Below, piece after piece: positions 1 to 8,307 of a stretch of 64,000 nt of DNA. Source of the stretch: Candidatus Calditenuaceae archaeon. Lineage in GTDB: Archaea; Thermoproteota; Nitrososphaeria_A; Caldarchaeales; Calditenuaceae. The first letter of the stretch is position 1. The number at the start of each line of letters is the position of its first letter. Under the pieces are notes generated by a model. That model saw only the letters and a list, made by a program, of their open reading frames with translations, ran no database searches and was not told the origin of the DNA. A program made the position numbers and the translations under genes. The stretch covers positions 5,095-69,094 of the forward strand of contig JANXEU010000012.1 of assembly GCA_025058055.1 (NCBI GenBank). The letters are read 5' to 3'.

Positions 1-339
1 GAGAGGATGGACAAGGAGGAGTTAATTGAGGCGGGCCGAGCCAATTACTCGAGGTACGATGAACTTTATTTAGTATACAAAGACCTGAGGAAAAGGGGCT
101 ATTACGTAAGCACGGGAATCAAGTTCGGAAGCGACTACGCGGTCTACGTTTACGGCCCCGGAATTGACCATGCGCCATTCATAGTGCTCGTGCGATCGAA
201 AGAGGAGTATCTCTGGGCAACTGATGTGGTGAGAGCAGGCAGGCTCTCAACTACGGTGAGGAAGAACTTCTTGATCGCAACACCAGAACTGGGGAAGGAA
301 CAGGTGAGGTACCTCTCAATCTCGTGGGCGAGGCTGTGA
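1..339 (+). CDS. endA: tRNA-splicing endonuclease, catalytic C-terminal domain (probably 5'-truncated by the window edge)
   Basis: GSDYAVY...HAPFIVLV...VRKNFLIA matches the Tyr/His/Lys catalytic context of archaeal EndA. The frame is open to base 1; the listed ATG is at 7. Confidence 0.75.
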   Translation, partial: ERMDKEELIEAGRANYSRYDELYLVYKDLRKRGYYVSTGIKFGSDYAVYVYGPGIDHAPFIVLVRSKEEYLWATDVVRAGRLSTTVRKNFLIATPELGKEQVRYLSISWARL

Positions 340-879
340 TTAGGTCATTCTCTTCTCTTGGCCTATGACGAGCTCCAGCAACGAACCTAGAACCAACCAA
401 GCCCTAGTCTTGTCGATGGCGACACACGGAAGAACCGGAACGGACAGAGGCGCCCCTAAGACGAACCTAACCTCATCAGGTTTCAAGGCGTCGGGCATGT
501 CTTGCTTGTTCGCAGCGACGACCATCGGTACCTTCGCGAATTGGCTAAGGGCCTTCCTGAACTCCTCTGTAGCGGTTGTGATGTACTCGCGGTCGCTGGA
601 GTCCAGCATGAAGATGATCCCGTGAGCTCCTATAGAGAGGACCTTCCACATGAATGAGAACCTAGGTTGACCTGGACTGCCGAATATCCTGATGACGTAG
701 CCGTCTCCGATGTTGACGATCCCGAAGTCCATCCCTACCGTTGTCCATCGCTTCTTCCTCCTCTCTTCGGGAGAGGTCACCTCCACGTCGGTCGTGATGC
801 TGAGGCCGGTGAGTGTCTTGATGAAGGTCGTCTTACCTGCGTTGAACGGCCCCACGACCAACACCTTGACGTTCCTCAT
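340..879 (-). CDS. small Ras/MglA-like GTPase
   Basis: P-loop GPFNAGKTT, switch II FGSPGQ and NKQD guanine-specificity motif in a 179-aa protein. It lies directly downstream of two Roadblock/LC7-type genes. Confidence 0.8.
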   Translation of the reverse strand: MRNVKVLVVGPFNAGKTTFIKTLTGLSITTDVEVTSPEERRKKRWTTVGMDFGIVNIGDGYVIRIFGSPGQPRFSFMWKVLSIGAHGIIFMLDSSDREYITTATEEFRKALSQFAKVPMVVAANKQDMPDALKPDEVRFVLGAPLSVPVLPCVAIDKTRAWLVLGSLLELVIGQEKRMT

Positions 880-883
880 CCCG

Positions 884-1249
884 CTAGTCCTTGAAATAGA
901 CCGAGAGAAGCATGTTGATGAACCCTAGGTTGGGATTGGACTTCGTTACCGCAACCACGACGTCGCCTCTGAAGGGCATCGCGAAGACGTAACGCTTGTC
1001 GGTGAGCTCAACGTATATTCTCTTGTAGTCACCGAGCTCAAGCATCTCTAACACAGACCTGATTACACCAGAGACAGCTGAGATCGCCGCTGCGAGGTAG
1101 TCGGGACTCAGGGAGACGGAATTGGCGTAGGCGACAGGTGTGCCGTCGGGCTTCGAGACCAAAAGTATCTCCAAGGCCCCCCTGCTGACTTTGAGGACCT
1201 CGTCGAGGTAGACTTTGAGAGAGTCGGGGTCGTAATGAAAGCCGCACAA
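884..1249 (-). CDS. Roadblock/LC7 (MglB-like) domain protein
   Basis: 121-aa protein with a Roadblock-like pattern (LLVSKPDGTPVAYA...LAAAISAVSGV...YVELTDKRYVF...VVVAVT). A 4-nt gap separates it from the GTPase gene. Confidence 0.65.
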   Translation of the reverse strand: MCGFHYDPDSLKVYLDEVLKVSRGALEILLVSKPDGTPVAYANSVSLSPDYLAAAISAVSGVIRSVLEMLELGDYKRIYVELTDKRYVFAMPFRGDVVVAVTKSNPNLGFINMLLSVYFKD

Positions 1250-1252
1250 TGT

Positions 1253-1894
1253 TCACCTGACCTCCAACATCTTACCGAGGACGCGCCTGCAAGACTCGGT
1301 AAGCTTGCGAAGCATGTCCGTGTCGAGAGGCCCCTCAACCCTGAAGTACGCGTAGACCTCCCGCTCGTCGACCGTGGCTATCCTCACTACCGCACCCACC
1401 ACACCATCGAGCATCGCGAAAGAACTAACGCGATCGTTGGCCATGAGGATTACCGTGAACGCCTCGGTCAGTAACGCTGCCATCCTCTCGGGGTCCTCCT
1501 CGCCCACGTTGTCCACAACGTGGCCCGCGGAGTCGAAGAGGAGCACAGACTTGAGTCCGAAGACCGTCATGAGGTCCCTGAGGTCGGAGATTTCCCTCTC
1601 CACAGTAGCCGGCCTTGGAGGCTCCTTTGGGGTCGATAGGGGAACCTCCTCAACTGGTTGTGGTGCGGGCTGCGGCGGAGGCGTCGCGACACGCTCCTCG
1701 ATTTGGGGTCGAGGCGTGACCCTCTCCTCTTCTGAAGGTACCTGCTTCACGGTGATCTGCAGAGCCTCCCTCATCAGCTTCAGCTCCGTCGTGATCCTCT
1801 TTAAACCCGAGATAACGGTGATCAACACGACTACTATGGCGACCGCCAGAATCGCCCACCAGATCAGTCCCAGCAGGTCAGCCGGCGACTCCAA
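1253..1894 (-). CDS. membrane-anchored protein with Pro-rich linker and C-terminal Roadblock/LC7-like domain
   Basis: N-terminal TM helix (WWAILAVAIVVVLITVISGL), a PQPAPQP-type linker, and a C-terminal segment LLFDSAGHVVDNVG...AALLTEAF...VVRIA resembling Roadblock. A 3-nt gap separates it from the next gene. Confidence 0.5.
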   Translation of the reverse strand: MESPADLLGLIWWAILAVAIVVVLITVISGLKRITTELKLMREALQITVKQVPSEEERVTPRPQIEERVATPPPQPAPQPVEEVPLSTPKEPPRPATVEREISDLRDLMTVFGLKSVLLFDSAGHVVDNVGEEDPERMAALLTEAFTVILMANDRVSSFAMLDGVVGAVVRIATVDEREVYAYFRVEGPLDTDMLRKLTESCRRVLGKMLEVR

Positions 1895-1983
1895 CGCTCA
1901 ACCTCCACCGGATCTCTCCACATCGCCCCCTCAAAAAACGTTCTTATAAGAAGGGGATTAGAGGTCGTTCCGTAATCTGCAGG

Positions 1984-2241
1984 TCAGACGCTGATGACTC
2001 GGTGGCTTAAATCGGACCTCTTGATACCCGTGGAGACGAAGACCACGGCCCTCTCGGGCAGGACGTGCCTCATGTAGCAAATCTTGCAGACAGGCCTGTA
2101 CCCAGCGTAAACCGCGCATCTGTTGCAGATCATCCGCGAGCAGATGTGACATCGCCTAACCGCGAACGCATCGGAGTGGTAATAGCATCTGTAGGTGATG
2201 ATGTGACCGTCAACGCCGTGCTCGGTCCGGACCGAGGGCAT
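1984..2241 (-). CDS. small Cys-rich (B-box-like) zinc-finger protein
   Basis: 85-aa product with CYYH...CHICSRMICNRC...CKIC cysteine/histidine spacing. Confidence 0.45.
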   Translation of the reverse strand: MPSVRTEHGVDGHIITYRCYYHSDAFAVRRCHICSRMICNRCAVYAGYRPVCKICYMRHVLPERAVVFVSTGIKRSDLSHRVISV

Positions 2242-2329
2242 GCAGTCTACTCCGATTCTGTGCGATATTTCACGGTAGTGACAGAACGTTGTGAAGGAAT
2301 CTATGGGTAATTCTTGGGGAATCGCTGAG

Positions 2330-3526
2330 TTAGCGCCTATTTCTGATCGCTACAACCCTGTCATCACCCTGCCTCGGTCTCCCACGACCGTCCCGGTTGC
2401 TCGTGAGTAGATAGAGTGAGCCATCGGGAGCCTGAGCCACATCTCGTAGCCTCCCCAAGGTGCCTGATAGGAGGACCTCGTGAAGGACTACCGTGCGCTC
2501 CTCCTCGTCGAGAGCGACCCTGTGAAGCGCCTCTCCCCTCAAGGCCGCGAAGAACAGGCTGTCCTTGAACTGTTCCAATTCCGTTCCTGAGTAGAACGCG
2601 CAGCCCGACGGTGCCCAGGTGGTGCTGCCGCTATCGAGGACTGGATCAACGTACCTAGGGTCGCGACCTGCGCCGATCACGTGGGGCCAGCCGTAGTTGC
2701 CACCAGGCACTATCAGGTTGACCTCATCGTGTGCGAACCTCCCGAACTCTCCGGTGGGGCCGTGCTCGGTCGAGAAGAGCCTGCCGCGTCGAGGACTCCA
2801 CGCGATGCCCTGCGGGTTCCTGTGGCCCATGCTGTACACGAGCGAGTTCGGAGATGGGTTGTCGGGCGGGGGCGTCCCATCAGGCCTGAGCCTGAGTATC
2901 TTGCCAGCTAGGGAGTCGGGCCTTTGTGATAGCTCGGGCCTAGCAGCGTCGCCGGTCGTCGCGTAGACGTTTCCGTCGGGACCGGCCTTTACCCTTCCTC
3001 CGTTGTGTACCGAGGCTCCTTCTATGTTGTCCACAAGGACCGCGTGGTCCCTTAGCGTGAGATCGTCGTAGAGCAGGATGGAGTTCGTCAGTCGTTGTTG
3101 GACGGTCGCTGTCCTGTAGAGTATCAGCTTCGGACCTCTCGGGAGGACTTCGCATCCTAGGAGGCCCCCTTCACCGACGTGGGCCACATCAACCGTCCCG
3201 AGCAGTTCAGCCCTGCCTGTGCTCAAGTCGAGCAACCTCACCCTGCCAGGCCTCTCCGTGACTATGGCCTCGCTGCCGTTAAGGAAGGAGATCGACCAAG
3301 GGATCTCGAGCCCCTCGACTACTGTCTCGACCACGATCTCACTGTCGTGGCTATCCCGAGTGGTGGTGACTTGGTCTGCGAAAGGTCTCAGGCCGAAGTA
3401 TGCGACGGCCCCCATGACCGCTGCGCCTGCACCCATCAACAGGTGCCTCCTGCTGATCCGTCGAATAGCGCTCACCGTAGCTCTCCCTTTCGAATCAAAG
3501 CTGTGATATGAGCAGTATTCGATCAC
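2330..3526 (-). CDS. PQQ-dependent (soluble glucose/sorbosone-type) sugar dehydrogenase, exported
   Basis: GHRNPQGIAW motif and beta-propeller-like repeats. The N-terminus has a twin-arginine-like SRRHLLMGAGAAVMG signal. Confidence 0.75.
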   Translation of the reverse strand: MIEYCSYHSFDSKGRATVSAIRRISRRHLLMGAGAAVMGAVAYFGLRPFADQVTTTRDSHDSEIVVETVVEGLEIPWSISFLNGSEAIVTERPGRVRLLDLSTGRAELLGTVDVAHVGEGGLLGCEVLPRGPKLILYRTATVQQRLTNSILLYDDLTLRDHAVLVDNIEGASVHNGGRVKAGPDGNVYATTGDAARPELSQRPDSLAGKILRLRPDGTPPPDNPSPNSLVYSMGHRNPQGIAWSPRRGRLFSTEHGPTGEFGRFAHDEVNLIVPGGNYGWPHVIGAGRDPRYVDPVLDSGSTTWAPSGCAFYSGTELEQFKDSLFFAALRGEALHRVALDEEERTVVLHEVLLSGTLGRLRDVAQAPDGSLYLLTSNRDGRGRPRQGDDRVVAIRNRR

Positions 3527-3559
3527 AACCGGACGCGTCGATAGGTACGGGTATCCGAT

Positions 3560-3960
3560 CTAAAGGCTATTCCGATCAATCTCGCGAGCTCGGGGGCTTA
3601 GCAGAGCTGGTAGCGCGAGTCGTGTTCCTCCTTTTTTGGTCCGTCGCGCATGACCGTTGGACCAACGAGTTCGTCGTAGTTCCACTACCATCAGACCTTG
3701 GTCCACTTAGCCTTAGCGTATGAGCGATCACTTCGCTCGGGCACCGAACTGCATGAGGGGGTGTAAGCCTAGTCGCTGAGTTCTGTGCTCGCTCCATCTT
3801 GATCTCCTCTCTCAGCCTGCTCTGCCCCGAGATAGCTCCCGAAACGCGGCTTAACGTCCTCCACGGGACGGTATGCTCCAGCGCTTGATGAATGAGGCAA
3901 CCCTATGCGTCTGGGTGAAGTCCATCACCAAAGCTGACCCTAAGCTCAATGAGGAGTTGT
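3560..3960. ncRNA. ORF-poor structured region; candidate ncRNA(s) of unknown class
   Basis: Only short, low-complexity ORFs are present. Strong hairpins: 3581-3619 (CTCGCG+AGCTC / GAGCT+CGCGAG), 3659-3704 (GGACCAA/TTGGTCC with inner GTAGT/ACTAC) and 3722-3738 (GAGCGA/TCGCTC). There is a T6 tract at 3632-3637. Confidence 0.3.
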
Positions 3961-3977
3961 CCTCGAGTTTTATCATG

Positions 3978-4068
3978 TGCCCCGGCCGGGATTTGAACCC
4001 GGGTCACCGGCTCGCCTCGCGACTTGCTCGAAAGGCCGGTATACTTGACCTGACTATACGACCGGGGC
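3978..4068 (-). tRNA. tRNA-Glu(UUC) with a 16-nt intron at the canonical 37/38 position
   Basis: Reverse complement folds as acceptor GCCCCGG/CCGGGGC, D arm GTAT/GTAT, anticodon stem CCGGC/GCCGG, loop CTTTCG[16 nt]A, T arm CCGGG-TTCAAAT-CCCGG, discriminator A. A TATA-like TTTTTAG lies about 30 nt upstream. No CCA is encoded. Confidence 0.85.
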
Positions 4069-4134
4069 CTTCAAGCGACCCAATCCCCTCCGATCTAAAA
4101 AGGATTTTAACGTCTGAATGACCAATTATGCTCG

Positions 4135-5712
4135 ATGGCAGGCCAGCAGAAGATCACCTACGTGACTCTGTTCGCGGACCCTACGATTCACCCGAACTAC
4201 GAGAGGGCCTTGAAGGAGGTCGAGTCGAAGTACTTGGGGAGAAGCTATCCCCTCTACATCGGAGACGAGGAGGTCTGGACCGGCGACGAGTTCGATGACC
4301 GGAGCCCGATCGACACCAGCATTCTGGTTGGCAGGTTTCAGCGGGCGAGGAGGGAGCATATCGCGAAAGCGATCGAGGTCGCGGACTCGGCCTTCGGAGA
4401 ATGGTCGGAGCTCGACTGGAAGGAGAGAGTGAAGGTAATGGAGAGGGCAGCTCAGATCATCGATGAGAGGAAGTTCGAGATAGCCGCGGTGATCACGTAC
4501 GAGGTCGGCAAAAACAGGCTCGAGGCCCTCGCGGAGTGTTGGGAGGCCGTCGACGCCATAAGGTACTACTGCAGAGTGATGGAGGAGAACAACGGGTATC
4601 AGAGGGACCTTGGACCGGGCGCTCCCGGTGAGTTCTGCAGGATGGTCGCTAGGCCCTACGGCGCATGGGTCGTGATATCGCCCTTCAACTTCCCCTTCAT
4701 GCTCGCTAACGGGATGATGCTCGGCGCCCTCATCACGGGCAACACGGTCGTCTTCAAGCCCACGAGCGAGGCGCCACTCTCGGGTCTGTTGTTGTATCGA
4801 GTTTACAGGGACGCGGGTGTGCCTCCGGGCGCGATCAGCTTCCTCACAGGCCCCGGAGACTTCTTCGAAGAGGAGGTCACCACGAACCCTAAGGTCGCTG
4901 GCATAGCGTTCACCGGCTCGAAGGGCGTTGGCATGAGACTCTACAGGAGGTTCCTCACCAACCAGCCCTATCCTAAACCGGTGGTACTAGAAATGGGCAG
5001 CAAGAACCCGACGATCGTAACGGACAAGGCCGACTTGCAGAAGGCGGTAACGGGGGTCATCAGGGCTGCCTTCGGATACGGCGGTCAGAAGTGCTCAGCG
5101 ACATCGAGGCTCTACGTCCACTACCGTGTCTACGACAAGTTCATCGAGGAGCTGGTGAAGGAGGCGTCGAGGCTGAAGGTCGGCGACCCGAGGGAAAGGG
5201 AGGCTTTCATGGGACCGGTGATCAATCGAAGAGCCCTCGAGAACTTCAAGGCTTACGTCGATGAAGCTAGGAGGGCCGGTGCGCAGGTCCTCTTCGGGGG
5301 AGAAGTGATGGACTATGAACCCTACAACAAGGGCTTCTACGTTCAGCCCACGATAATAGCTGGCCTACCGGACGGCCATAGGCTCTGGAGGGAGGAGCTC
5401 TTCTTGCCGATACTGCTGGTAGCGAGCTTCAGGTCGTTGGACGAAGCACTCCAGATGGCGAACGACACCGAATACGGCCTCACGGCAGGCATCTTCTCGG
5501 AGGACAGGGAGGAAGTCGATCGGTTCTTCGGTAGAATCAGGTTCGGAGTCTGCTACGCCAACAGGCGCGGCGGCTCGACAACCGGTGCCTGGCCCGGTGC
5601 CCAGACCTTTGTCGGTTGGAAGGCCAGCGGCGCTACGGGCAAGGGTGTTGGAGGGCCCCATTACCTCCTCACGTTCCTAAGGGAGCAGTCGAGGACCATA
5701 GTGGTCGAGTGA
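4135..5712 (+). CDS. aldehyde dehydrogenase family, 1-pyrroline-5-carboxylate dehydrogenase-like
   Basis: ALDH motifs FTGSKGVG, LEMGSKNP (catalytic Glu) and GQKCSATSR (catalytic Cys). The 525-aa length and the N-terminal region resemble P5C dehydrogenases. Confidence 0.8.
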   Translation: MAGQQKITYVTLFADPTIHPNYERALKEVESKYLGRSYPLYIGDEEVWTGDEFDDRSPIDTSILVGRFQRARREHIAKAIEVADSAFGEWSELDWKERVKVMERAAQIIDERKFEIAAVITYEVGKNRLEALAECWEAVDAIRYYCRVMEENNGYQRDLGPGAPGEFCRMVARPYGAWVVISPFNFPFMLANGMMLGALITGNTVVFKPTSEAPLSGLLLYRVYRDAGVPPGAISFLTGPGDFFEEEVTTNPKVAGIAFTGSKGVGMRLYRRFLTNQPYPKPVVLEMGSKNPTIVTDKADLQKAVTGVIRAAFGYGGQKCSATSRLYVHYRVYDKFIEELVKEASRLKVGDPREREAFMGPVINRRALENFKAYVDEARRAGAQVLFGGEVMDYEPYNKGFYVQPTIIAGLPDGHRLWREELFLPILLVASFRSLDEALQMANDTEYGLTAGIFSEDREEVDRFFGRIRFGVCYANRRGGSTTGAWPGAQTFVGWKASGATGKGVGGPHYLLTFLREQSRTIVVE

Positions 5713-5751
5713 AGCTCGCGTCCGTCGAGTTTTTACGCTTGATAGCGTCTG

Positions 5752-6387
5752 TTGACGGGGGGTTTGTCTAGAAAGCGTGAGATGGAGAGGAGGGCGCTGA
5801 GGAGCGCTTCGAGACGGCTGGTCGAAGCGATGGCTAGAAGGAACGTCTCTCCCTTCACGCTCACTTACTCGGCCTTCGGAATGGCGCTCTTAGCTGCGGC
5901 CCTGCTGAGTCTCTCCACTTCTTGGGAGCTATTTGTTCCGATCGGTGGTCTGGTGTACGTGGCTGCGGGTCTACTCGACGCCCTCGACGGCGAGGTCGCT
6001 CGGAAGTCGGGTAGGGTCACAGCGCAGGGCGCATATGAGGACTCGGTGCTCGATAAGTTCTCTGAAGTTGCAATATCGATCGGTCTGCTACTCGGCCCCG
6101 CCGGTGAGCTGGAGGTATTGATGTTCATCACAGGCTCACTTCTAGTGAGTTACACGAGAGCGCGTGCCGAGTCCTTAGGGGTAGAGCTCGCGGGCGTTGG
6201 ATTCGCTGAGCGCGCTGAGCGGACTCTGGGCCTCTTCGCAGGAACGCTGGTTCACGCGATCTGGAAAGAGGGGTTGAACTTGGCGTTGGCGCTGGTCGGT
6301 GTATTCTCGTACGCAACCGCGTTTCACCGGTATGTGGTAACTCGAAAGGCGCTCGCGGAGAGGGAGGCAGCATCAGGTCGTGGATGA
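5752..6387 (+). CDS. CDP-alcohol phosphatidyltransferase family (archaeal lipid head-group synthase)
   Basis: DALDGEVARKSGRVTAQGAYEDSVLDKFSE fits D-x2-DG-x2-AR-x8-G-x3-D-x3-D. The protein is polytopic. Confidence 0.8.
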   Translation: MTGGLSRKREMERRALRSASRRLVEAMARRNVSPFTLTYSAFGMALLAAALLSLSTSWELFVPIGGLVYVAAGLLDALDGEVARKSGRVTAQGAYEDSVLDKFSEVAISIGLLLGPAGELEVLMFITGSLLVSYTRARAESLGVELAGVGFAERAERTLGLFAGTLVHAIWKEGLNLALALVGVFSYATAFHRYVVTRKALAEREAASGRG

Positions 6388-7473
6388 CGTGGTGAGGGCT
6401 CGACTAAGGGCCTTCAGAAATCGATCGTTATCTGTCTTCGAGCAGACGGTGACTCTGAGGCAGTCGCTGAGGTAGGGGTTTCCTTCGAAGCTTCTGACGA
6501 CCATCCCTTGTTGTAGCAGAGACCTCTTGACGCCCTTGACGTCGTAGTTCAGGAACTTGATGAGGAGGAAGTTGGCTGATGACGGATAGACGTGAACGCC
6601 CTTGAGCCTCGACAGCTCAGAGCGAATCCTCTCCCTCTCCTGCACCAATCGCTCGACGTTCCTCATAACGTAGGCGTGGTTCCTCAGGGCGATCGTCCCA
6701 CACCTAGCGTTGACGGTGCCGATGCTGTTGGGAGGTCTGGCCTTGTTGAGCTGCCTGACCACAGTCTCGTTTGCGATCAAGAAACCGATCCGCATCCCCG
6801 CTAGCCCGAAGGCCTTCGAGAGCGTCCTGATGACGCAGAGGTTCTCGTGATCGTTGAGGATGCGCGTCGCGGTCCTTCCGGAGAACTCGTGATAGGCCTC
6901 GTCCACCACTACTAAGGCGTCAGTCTCCTCGCAGAGCCTCTCAACCGTCCCGTCGCCCAGTCCGTTTCCGGTGGGATTGTTTGGATCGCAGAGCCAGATC
7001 ACGGACGTGCGACCGTCGCAAGTCGTCAGTATCGATTCGACGTCCTCGTAAAAGTCGCTCCGTCGGCCAACCCCCTTGAACCGAGCTCCCTGCAACTCCG
7101 TGGCGATTCTGAAGTAAGAGTAGGTGGGGACCGGTGAGACGGCGTTTCTGCCGCAGGTGAGGTAGGTGCGTGCGACGATGTCGATGGCTTCGTCGGCGCC
7201 GTTCGTTGGGACGATGCAGTTCGCGTCCCAACCCACGTACTCGGCCATAGCCTCCCTCAGCTCCCTGTAGCTCGTGTCCGGATACTGGTTGACACTCATC
7301 TTCGCGACCTCGATGGCGACCCTCTTCATCACGGACACAGGTCTGAATGGAGAGACGTTTGTGTCCATCCTCACCACCTGATCCGTACGCAGTCCGTGTG
7401 CTCTGGCAATCTCCTCGGTTGAGGGTTCCCACGCGTAAGGCTCGAAATTGATGAGGTCCTCCCTGATCATCAC
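6373..7473 (-). CDS. hisC: histidinol-phosphate aminotransferase (class II aminotransferase)
   Basis: TNVSPF, PNNPTGN and the PLP-lysine context LSKAFGLAGMRIGF; 366 aa. Confidence 0.75.
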   Translation of the reverse strand: MMIREDLINFEPYAWEPSTEEIARAHGLRTDQVVRMDTNVSPFRPVSVMKRVAIEVAKMSVNQYPDTSYRELREAMAEYVGWDANCIVPTNGADEAIDIVARTYLTCGRNAVSPVPTYSYFRIATELQGARFKGVGRRSDFYEDVESILTTCDGRTSVIWLCDPNNPTGNGLGDGTVERLCEETDALVVVDEAYHEFSGRTATRILNDHENLCVIRTLSKAFGLAGMRIGFLIANETVVRQLNKARPPNSIGTVNARCGTIALRNHAYVMRNVERLVQERERIRSELSRLKGVHVYPSSANFLLIKFLNYDVKGVKRSLLQQGMVVRSFEGNPYLSDCLRVTVCSKTDNDRFLKALSRALTTSSTT

Positions 7474-7585
7474 GTCTCCACGAACTCACGACGTGGTGAT
7501 AAGCTCAACTCGCGAAAGCACGGGAACCACGCAGTCGCGCGTTGAGGCCTCGGAACGAGAACCTGCCCCCATTTGTCGGATCGAG

Positions 7586-7602
7586 TTTTTAATACTTAAA
7601 TA
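7586..7602 (+). promoter_or_regulatory. TATA-like promoter element upstream of the rpl21e-rpoF-DUF655 operon
   Basis: TTTTTAATACTTAAATA lies in an otherwise GC-rich intergenic region. Confidence 0.45.
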
Positions 7603-7604
7603 GG

Positions 7605-7931
7605 GTGGAAAGACGGAGTTTATGTCGGTGGAGAGGTCTGGCTCGTCATCACGGTTACAGATACAGATCTAGGACGCTCTTCACTAAACCCGTCGGGTCG
7701 AGGATGGGGCCGAGGCCGGAGCTTCACCTCGTCGACTATCCGATCGGGAGCAAGGTGATCGTGCTGGCAGATCCCTCAGTGCAGAGGGCGATGCCTCATC
7801 GCAGGTTTCACGGAAGAGTCGGCACGATACTGGGACGGAGAGGGAGGGGGTACGAAGTTGAGGTTTTACTCGGCTCGAAGAGGAAGGTGCTGTACTTACT
7901 TCCCGACCATCTGATGCTTCACACCCCATAG
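7605..7931 (+). CDS. rpl21e: 50S ribosomal protein L21e (start codon uncertain)
   Basis: HHGYRYRSRTLF...MPHRRFHGRVGTILGRRGRGYEVEV matches L21e. The listed GTG start sits inside or adjacent to the TATA element. Confidence 0.85.
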   Translation: MERRSLCRWRGLARHHGYRYRSRTLFTKPVGSRMGPRPELHLVDYPIGSKVIVLADPSVQRAMPHRRFHGRVGTILGRRGRGYEVEVLLGSKRKVLYLLPDHLMLHTP

Positions 7932-8306
7932 GTGATCGAGTTGCCGAGGCGAATCGTATCGATGAAACCCTTGACCATAACTGAGGTTAAGGAGCTCCTC
8001 GAGCAGAACGAGAGGATAAGGTCGCCCATGGTGCAACGCGTCATCAGTTACGTCTCCGCCTACTCGAAGTTGAGTCCCGTGGCTGTGAGGAAATTGAAAG
8101 AGGAGCTTATGAGCTTCCACGGACTCGATGAACTCGAGGCGACTCAGGTAGTCAACATATGCCCAGTGACCGTCGAGGAGCTGAGAGCAGTTCTGTCCGG
8201 TTACAAGAGGCTGCTGCTGACGGTACTCGCTGACGAGGAGAGGCTCTCACGAATAGTCGAGACGGTAAAGAAGTACGTCGGCGAACACCAAAGGTCAGAG
8301 GACTGA
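7932..8306 (+). CDS. rpoF: DNA-directed RNA polymerase subunit Rpo4/F
   Basis: Rpb4/RpoF-like sequence (ITEVKELLEQ...ATQVVNICPVTVEELRAVL). The position between L21e and DUF655 is the conserved archaeal arrangement. Confidence 0.8.
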   Translation: MIELPRRIVSMKPLTITEVKELLEQNERIRSPMVQRVISYVSAYSKLSPVAVRKLKEELMSFHGLDELEATQVVNICPVTVEELRAVLSGYKRLLLTVLADEERLSRIVETVKKYVGEHQRSED

Positions 8307-8307
8307 C

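Noticed and set aside
1374-1949. 191-aa plus-strand ORF
   Set aside because: It is antisense to the membrane-anchored Roadblock-like gene. The Ser/Thr-rich low-complexity translation is a shadow ORF.
3839-3926. RNase P-like sequence patches (GAAACGCGGCTTAAC, TTGATGAATGAGG, GGTGAAGTCC)
   Set aside because: Each loosely resembles CR-V, CR-IV and CR-I respectively. However, they occur in the reverse of the required order on one strand, and the universal GGAAAGUCC is absent. The SRP helix-8 consensus was also not found, so no class is assigned.
3873-4121. 82-aa ORF spanning the tRNA-Glu locus
   Set aside because: It overlaps a well-folding tRNA gene on the opposite strand, so coding is unlikely.
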